Part shown: piece after piece, positions 58,758-64,000 of the stretch
How the letters are laid out: every line of letters starts with the position of its first letter
Position numbering within the stretch: position 1 is the stretch's first letter
Virus record (IMG/VR): IMGVR_UViG_3300013126_000031
Location: 205 to 64,204 of that record
Strand: one strand, 5' to 3'
Length of the DNA: 64,000 nucleotides
DNA from: a virus
Lineage: Duplodnaviria; Caudoviricetes
The notes under the pieces: generated by a model
Told to the model about the DNA's origin: nothing
The model's database searches: none
The model's input: only the letters and a program-made list of their open reading frames with translations
Program-made: the position numbers and the translations under genes

Positions 58758-59585
58758 TTATTCGTTAATTAAATCATACAAATCATGTGCATTATGCCTC
58801 AATTTTCTGATTGCTTTTTCTTTTATTTGTCTAATTCTCTCTTTCGTTAATCCGTATCTTTCACCAATCGCTTCTAATGTCATTGCTTCACAATTAGTAT
58901 CGATACCAAAATAACATTGAATTATGGTTCTTTCTCTATCATCTAAAATAGAAAGAGTTTTGTTTAATTGATTTTTTATTCTCTCATCTATTTCTAATCT
59001 ATCTTCATCTGGAACTTCACCAGCTATTAAATCAATTAATTCATCACCTTCTTCATTAATGTGTTCATTTAATGATGCACATCTTTGATTTTTAAGCAAA
59101 ATAAATTCTATTTCATCATCCGTAAGTTCAGTATCCATTGGTTCTCTTTCGTTAGCGAATTCAAACTTAGAAATTTCTTTGTTTAATTTTGAAATCTTAT
59201 TGATAACATTTGCTGGTAATCTAACCATTCTAGCGTTATCATTTAAACTTTGTAATATCGATTGTCTAATCCACCACACAGCATAAGATATAAATCTAAA
59301 ACCTCTTTTATGGTCAAACCTAGTAGCAGCCTTTACAAGACCGTAATTACCCTCACTAATTAAATCTGATAAAGGTAACCCTTGTCCTTGATATTCTTTT
59401 GCTATTGAAATAACAAATTTCAAATTAGCATTAACTAATTCTTCAATAGCTTTTTTATCACCGCTTTTTATTCTTTTAGCCAATGAAGCTTCTTCATTAG
59501 AAGACAAGGCTGTGGATTTTCTTATATCTTTAAAATATTTTGTTACACTATCCTCTGAATCAAAATTTACATATTTTTTATTCAT
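58758..59585 (-). CDS. RpoD/SigA-family sigma factor
   Basis: NLKFVISIAK, DLISEGN.GL, RFISYAVWWIRQ, TKERIRQI. Confidence 0.93.
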   Translation of the reverse strand: MNKKYVNFDSEDSVTKYFKDIRKSTALSSNEEASLAKRIKSGDKKAIEELVNANLKFVISIAKEYQGQGLPLSDLISEGNYGLVKAATRFDHKRGFRFISYAVWWIRQSILQSLNDNARMVRLPANVINKISKLNKEISKFEFANEREPMDTELTDDEIEFILLKNQRCASLNEHINEEGDELIDLIAGEVPDEDRLEIDERIKNQLNKTLSILDDRERTIIQCYFGIDTNCEAMTLEAIGERYGLTKERIRQIKEKAIRKLRHNAHDLYDLINE

Positions 59586-59671
59586 CAAAACTTTACATTT
59601 ACTCTCATATTGTTATCTTTAATCTCTTAAATATACTACAAAACCTTCAAAAAGTCAAGTATTTTAAGGGT

Positions 59672-60205
59672 TTATTTTACCAAAAACGGTAATATTTTTT
59701 TATCGTAATCGGTCAAATTTTCAACACCTTTATCAATGATAGTATTCATCAAAGTTTCTTTTTCTGATGGTGTCATCGATTCAATTTCATCCAAAGATAA
59801 TCGTTTAGGTCTAATAGAACCCTTAACATCAATAGGTTTATCAAACTTAATTTTTTTGCTATTTTCTTGAATAATTTTGGCATCCTCAATAGCACTCATT
59901 AAATCCGATGCTCTTTTATCTAAAATATCTTTGTTCATAACACCTAAGAACCCAAATAACCCTTCATGGATTTCTTTCTTCGTTATATTAAAACCAGAAA
60001 TACTTAAATCGAAAACAAAATAACTTCTGTTATTCATTTTAAACCATTCATTAAGTTCATTTATTCTAAGTGTTGATGAAAAGGTTGCGATGACAATACC
60101 CTTAGCATCCAATATATTGGGTTTGTCTTCGCTTACTTTTTCTATCTCGGTAAACACATCTTTTGTGTCCCCCATGATAATTACGCAATAATTTCTAAAT
60201 CTCAT
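59672..60205 (-). CDS. hypothetical protein
   Basis: ORF. Confidence 0.7.
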   Translation of the reverse strand: MRFRNYCVIIMGDTKDVFTEIEKVSEDKPNILDAKGIVIATFSSTLRINELNEWFKMNNRSYFVFDLSISGFNITKKEIHEGLFGFLGVMNKDILDKRASDLMSAIEDAKIIQENSKKIKFDKPIDVKGSIRPKRLSLDEIESMTPSEKETLMNTIIDKGVENLTDYDKKILPFLVK

Positions 60206-60257
60206 AACCCCCCTTTTTTTTAAACAAATATACAGCATTGTTTTTAACAATACAATA

Positions 60258-62501
60258 TTATTTCATTGAAATTTTTGAGATGTTATTATTCCCCTTAACC
60301 ACAGTCACTACATTATCACCCCAATCTTTGACCAAATCATTGTGTGTAATGAAGAATACAATCTCATACATATCTTTTATTTTATCAAAAAGTACTTTCA
60401 ATTTTTCTAGGTTTTCTGGGGCCACTTTACCTAACACTTCATCAAATGTTATAAAATTTGGCATAGGTAATGTTGATAATTTACCTAATACCGCTCTTAA
60501 CGCTAAACTGGCAGCAGTTTTTTCTAACCCAGAACCAGATTTAAGTAATTTAGAGACCTCATCTTTAACCAATAAAAATTGAACATCGTTCTTATCATTA
60601 ATAAATATCTCAACATCGAAATCTACAACCTCATCTAACAATCTTTGTACTTCAGAATTTATAATTGGTAATACAGAACGCAACACTAATTTACTAATAC
60701 CTTTTTTACCAACTAATTCAATATAAGTTTTAAATATTTTATCTATTTCTTCTTCTTTTTTAATAGTTTCGATAAGTTTTGTTTTGGTTTCAATACCAGA
60801 TTTATGATTTTTTATTTCTGTTTGAACCCTTTCAATTTTTGTAATCGTGTCATCTTTAGTATGTTCCAATACTGAAAGTTTAGTTTTAACGTTGGTTATT
60901 TCAATATCAATCTTTTTGTTTAACTCGATTGCATCTAAATTAAGTTTGTATTTTTTCAAGTCATTTCTCTTTTCAACTATTTTATTTCTAAGAGAACCAA
61001 TCTCAACTTCTAATCTATCTTTAGCAAGTTCCAATTTATTTTTTTCGTCAACTAATTTTTTTGTGGTGTTAAGTTCATTTAAACCTTTTTCTAAATCCTC
61101 TTTAGTGTCAGTCAACTGATTCATTAATAAATGAATTTCATGTAATTGCTTAGAATGTGTTTCTATGTGTTCAGTATTATCAACATCATCTAATTTTCTG
61201 TTACATGATTGACATATACCACCAGCAACTAAATCTTCAATAACCTTGTCAATTCTTTTGTATTCAGCATCATTCAAAGCTAAATCAGTATTAGTTTGGT
61301 TTAATTGTTTGGTCCATTCAAAATGCGTGTCCTCATCAAAAACTAATACACCAATTTCATCTATTTTGGTTTTAAGTTCCTTAACATCATCAGCCAAACT
61401 AGTACCTTTTTCAGTTATTTTTTGAATGTCGCTTTCTAATGACTCTGGGTTTAATTCAGAAATGGTCACATCTATTTTTTCTTTACTGTTAATTAACGTT
61501 TCTTTTTCAGTGGTTAATTTTGTAATATCTTTTTTAGTCGTTTCCAATCTTTCATTTAAAGACTTTTCTAGGTCAGCACATTCTTGTCCTTTTTCTTTAT
61601 GGTCTTCAATTTCTTCAGTCAACGTAATAACATCATAGTCATTAGATTTTTTCTTTTTGGCAAACTCGTTATACATATCCCTAGCAGCCTTTTCTTTTAG
61701 TTCTAATATCTCTAACCCTATAAGTCTAGTTAACACTTTACCAGATTCAGTAGTAGTCAAACCAATTAAATCATCCAAATTCTTTTCAGTTGCCAATACA
61801 AGCATCTCAAAATCTTTTTCACTACCAATAGTTTCTTTTAATTTTTTAGTTGTTCTGGTAGCATCTTCTTCATTTAATTGTTTTTCTTCGCCATCTGGTA
61901 ATAATTCATAGTAATTAACTTTGTTAACAACAGTCCAACCACCACCTTTTTTGGTAGTTCTTTTCATTTTACGTTCAATTATTACTTCTTCACCTTCAAT
62001 ATCAATCATCCCTCTTACAACTAACTCATCTTTGTTACTGTATTGGTTGAAAATTTGCTCGTTTGTATCAGTTTTGGTTGTACTACCATGTAATAAGAAT
62101 TTCATCGCATCGATAGTCATAGTTGTATTATGTGATACAATACCGTTAGTATAATATTGGTGAACTTCTGCTACTTGAATATCGTATAGAGTATCCTTAA
62201 AATCCATCAATTCAATAGATTTTATCCTACTTATACCATCAATTGTTTGTATTGGTAACCCTACTTCAGCTTCTTTTAAATGAATAAAATCACCATTCTC
62301 GTGTTTTAATCTATGATAATCAGCACCCTCAACATACATCCCGTTTTCAAGTTCACATTTATAAACATCAGCATTTTCTTCAGTGATACCACACCATTCA
62401 ATATCTTTATACCCATAAGGTGTATCAACTTTAAAACCTAAATCCCCATATTTTTGGTAAATTTCATTTAATTCACCAATTGTTATTTCTTTTATACTCA
62501 T
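60258..62501 (-). CDS. SbcC/Rad50-like ATPase C-terminal part preceded by a 125-aa C-intein
   Basis: ...LYDIQV..VHQYYTNGIVSHN/T; coiled coil, CQSC hook, SGLE signature, FDE, ITH. Confidence 0.9.
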   Translation of the reverse strand: MSIKEITIGELNEIYQKYGDLGFKVDTPYGYKDIEWCGITEENADVYKCELENGMYVEGADYHRLKHENGDFIHLKEAEVGLPIQTIDGISRIKSIELMDFKDTLYDIQVAEVHQYYTNGIVSHNTTMTIDAMKFLLHGSTTKTDTNEQIFNQYSNKDELVVRGMIDIEGEEVIIERKMKRTTKKGGGWTVVNKVNYYELLPDGEEKQLNEEDATRTTKKLKETIGSEKDFEMLVLATEKNLDDLIGLTTTESGKVLTRLIGLEILELKEKAARDMYNEFAKKKKSNDYDVITLTEEIEDHKEKGQECADLEKSLNERLETTKKDITKLTTEKETLINSKEKIDVTISELNPESLESDIQKITEKGTSLADDVKELKTKIDEIGVLVFDEDTHFEWTKQLNQTNTDLALNDAEYKRIDKVIEDLVAGGICQSCNRKLDDVDNTEHIETHSKQLHEIHLLMNQLTDTKEDLEKGLNELNTTKKLVDEKNKLELAKDRLEVEIGSLRNKIVEKRNDLKKYKLNLDAIELNKKIDIEITNVKTKLSVLEHTKDDTITKIERVQTEIKNHKSGIETKTKLIETIKKEEEIDKIFKTYIELVGKKGISKLVLRSVLPIINSEVQRLLDEVVDFDVEIFINDKNDVQFLLVKDEVSKLLKSGSGLEKTAASLALRAVLGKLSTLPMPNFITFDEVLGKVAPENLEKLKVLFDKIKDMYEIVFFITHNDLVKDWGDNVVTVVKGNNNISKISMK

Positions 62502-63511
62502 ATCTTTAAAAATTCTCTACATTTATCTATTATTTCTTGTTTATTACCCCATCTATATTCAGAATCCCATATAACCATTACCTCAAAACCTTTTTCATTT
62601 GCAAGATTTAATTTTTGTTTATCCTTATCCCACATTTCTTGTGCTGTTATGTTTTTTCTAAAAGGGTGGGGTTTTTCATAATTTTTATACTTTTTAGGGT
62701 TACCATGATAGTCATCACCATGATATTCAATTATTTTTTTATTTTTGGTATCAGTGAAGTCGTATAACCAAACACCACCTTCTTTTTTTTCTAATCCGAA
62801 TTCTTTATTATGTGAACCAAAATAAATTTTATCTCTTTTATTAACATTATAAAATTCTAATAATTTATAGAATAATTCTTGTGATATTTTAGAATAACCT
62901 ATTTTTAGATTACCACCAGATGATAATGATTCGCCCCATTTAATTTGTCTATCAGTGAATCGTTTTTTTCCTTCTTCTTCACCATATTTTAGAATACATT
63001 TTTCAAGGGTAAAAGTTGATTGTCGTTCTGACCTTAATTTTTTTGCTTCTTCTTCGGAGTAACCTTTATTTATCCAATATTGTAAATTAGCAGAACCCCT
63101 TTTACCAGCTTCACTTCTTTTACTTTCTCTTTCTTCCCATATTTTGACACCTTCTTTTTCACCAAACCTAGCAATACAACCTCTTAATGAAACCATTTTT
63201 TGTCCTTCTATTTGTAACACAGCTTCTTCTTCTGAATAACCATTTTTAATCCAATACTCAACATTAACTGGTCTTAATGTTTTAATATGTTCTTCAAATT
63301 TATTTTCATCTAACCCTCTCTCTAACCAGTATTGTTTTGAATACGGTGAACCCTTTGGTATATTAATACCTATTTTTTTCAACCTACTAACAATGACACT
63401 AGGGTCAACTTTAAAAATTGTTGCTATATTGTTTGTCGATTCGAAATCTTCTTTATACATTTTAACTATATTATCAATTTCTTCATCAGTGAATTCTTTT
63501 CTTTTACCCAT
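62498..63511 (-). mobile_element. free-standing endonuclease (Vsr/DUF559-like) between the split-intein halves
   Basis: YDF...IIEYHGDDYHG...VIWDSEY; YW..GYSEEEA repeats. Confidence 0.75.
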
Positions 63512-63568
63512 TTTAATTTTTATTTATAAATATAACCGTTTAACCAGAAAGGTAAGGGTATTTGTTAA

Positions 63569-64000
63569 TCATTTTAATTCATCTGGTAAAAAACCTAGTT
63601 TTTTAATTATTTCATCTGAGTTATAAGATATATTTACCTTAGTGTTAGACCTAATACATTTACCACCTTGGTTTGCTGGAATAGAATTTACAACTGTTAA
63701 ACCTCTTAGTTTACTAAATGGTAAATAATTATCTTCACCAAAAGATAAAAAGTTATTTATCATAACCCATTTAACACTCCAATGTCTGTGTTGCGTTTCA
63801 TTTATATCTACATTTAATTCACCATTAACTTTGTCATCTAAGGCAAGTATTCTATTAAAGTCAACGTTCTTACCATCTCTATCAATTAACTCTTTCATAA
63901 GGGCTCTTTGATAGTTTACATCCATGATGTTTTCAATACCAGCACCAGTGATTTCAATCAAATCACCACTAGCTGTTTTTCTAACTGGTCTATAAACAAC
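63569..64000 (-). CDS. SbcC/Rad50 N-terminal part (runs off the window) ending in a 29-aa N-intein
   Basis: INNFLSFG...NQGGK/CIRSNTKV...; frame open to the window edge. Confidence 0.85.
   Translation of the reverse strand, partial: VVYRPVRKTASGDLIEITGAGIENIMDVNYQRALMKELIDRDGKNVDFNRILALDDKVNGELNVDINETQHRHWSVKWVMINNFLSFGEDNYLPFSKLRGLTVVNSIPANQGGKCIRSNTKVNISYNSDEIIKKLGFLPDELK

Noticed and set aside
40073-62154. Many plus-strand ORFs antisense to long minus-strand genes (e.g. 40937-41359, 52289-52687, 57398-58000)
   Set aside because: Shadow frames of well-supported genes with S/F/L-rich composition.

Overview
AT-rich, mostly minus-strand segment of a jumbo (huge) phage, probably infecting Bacteroidota (recurrent TTG...TAnnTTTG promoters, no SD motifs, Hc1, RpoD-like sigma, T9SS-type cargo protein). 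It carries about 23 tRNA genes in five clusters, a tmRNA, an RNA-repair/translation-support set (Rnl1, split Rnl2, kinase-2H phosphodiesterase, CCA enzyme, PTH2-like, HD hydrolase, nucleotidyltransferases), PARP, DNA ligase, ClpP, DnaJ, RNase HII, a two-component system, lysis genes, probable virion proteins, homing endonucleases and a split-intein SbcC/Rad50. Main finding: three tRNA clusters each lie downstream of an unannotated short leader peptide plus antiterminator/terminator, and each leader's run of sensing codons matches the amino acids of the tRNAs in that cluster (F/E/D/A; L/C/V; I/N/H/S/W/R). This suggests ribosome-mediated attenuators that induce phage tRNA sets when those tRNAs become limiting. 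Second finding: a family of 5 (+1 half) Y-RNA-like ncRNAs sharing a closing stem + CWGCAA motif, linked by position and promoter to a DUF2828 (TROVE/Ro60-like) gene. All calls were made by eye; family assignments rest on motifs, not database searches.
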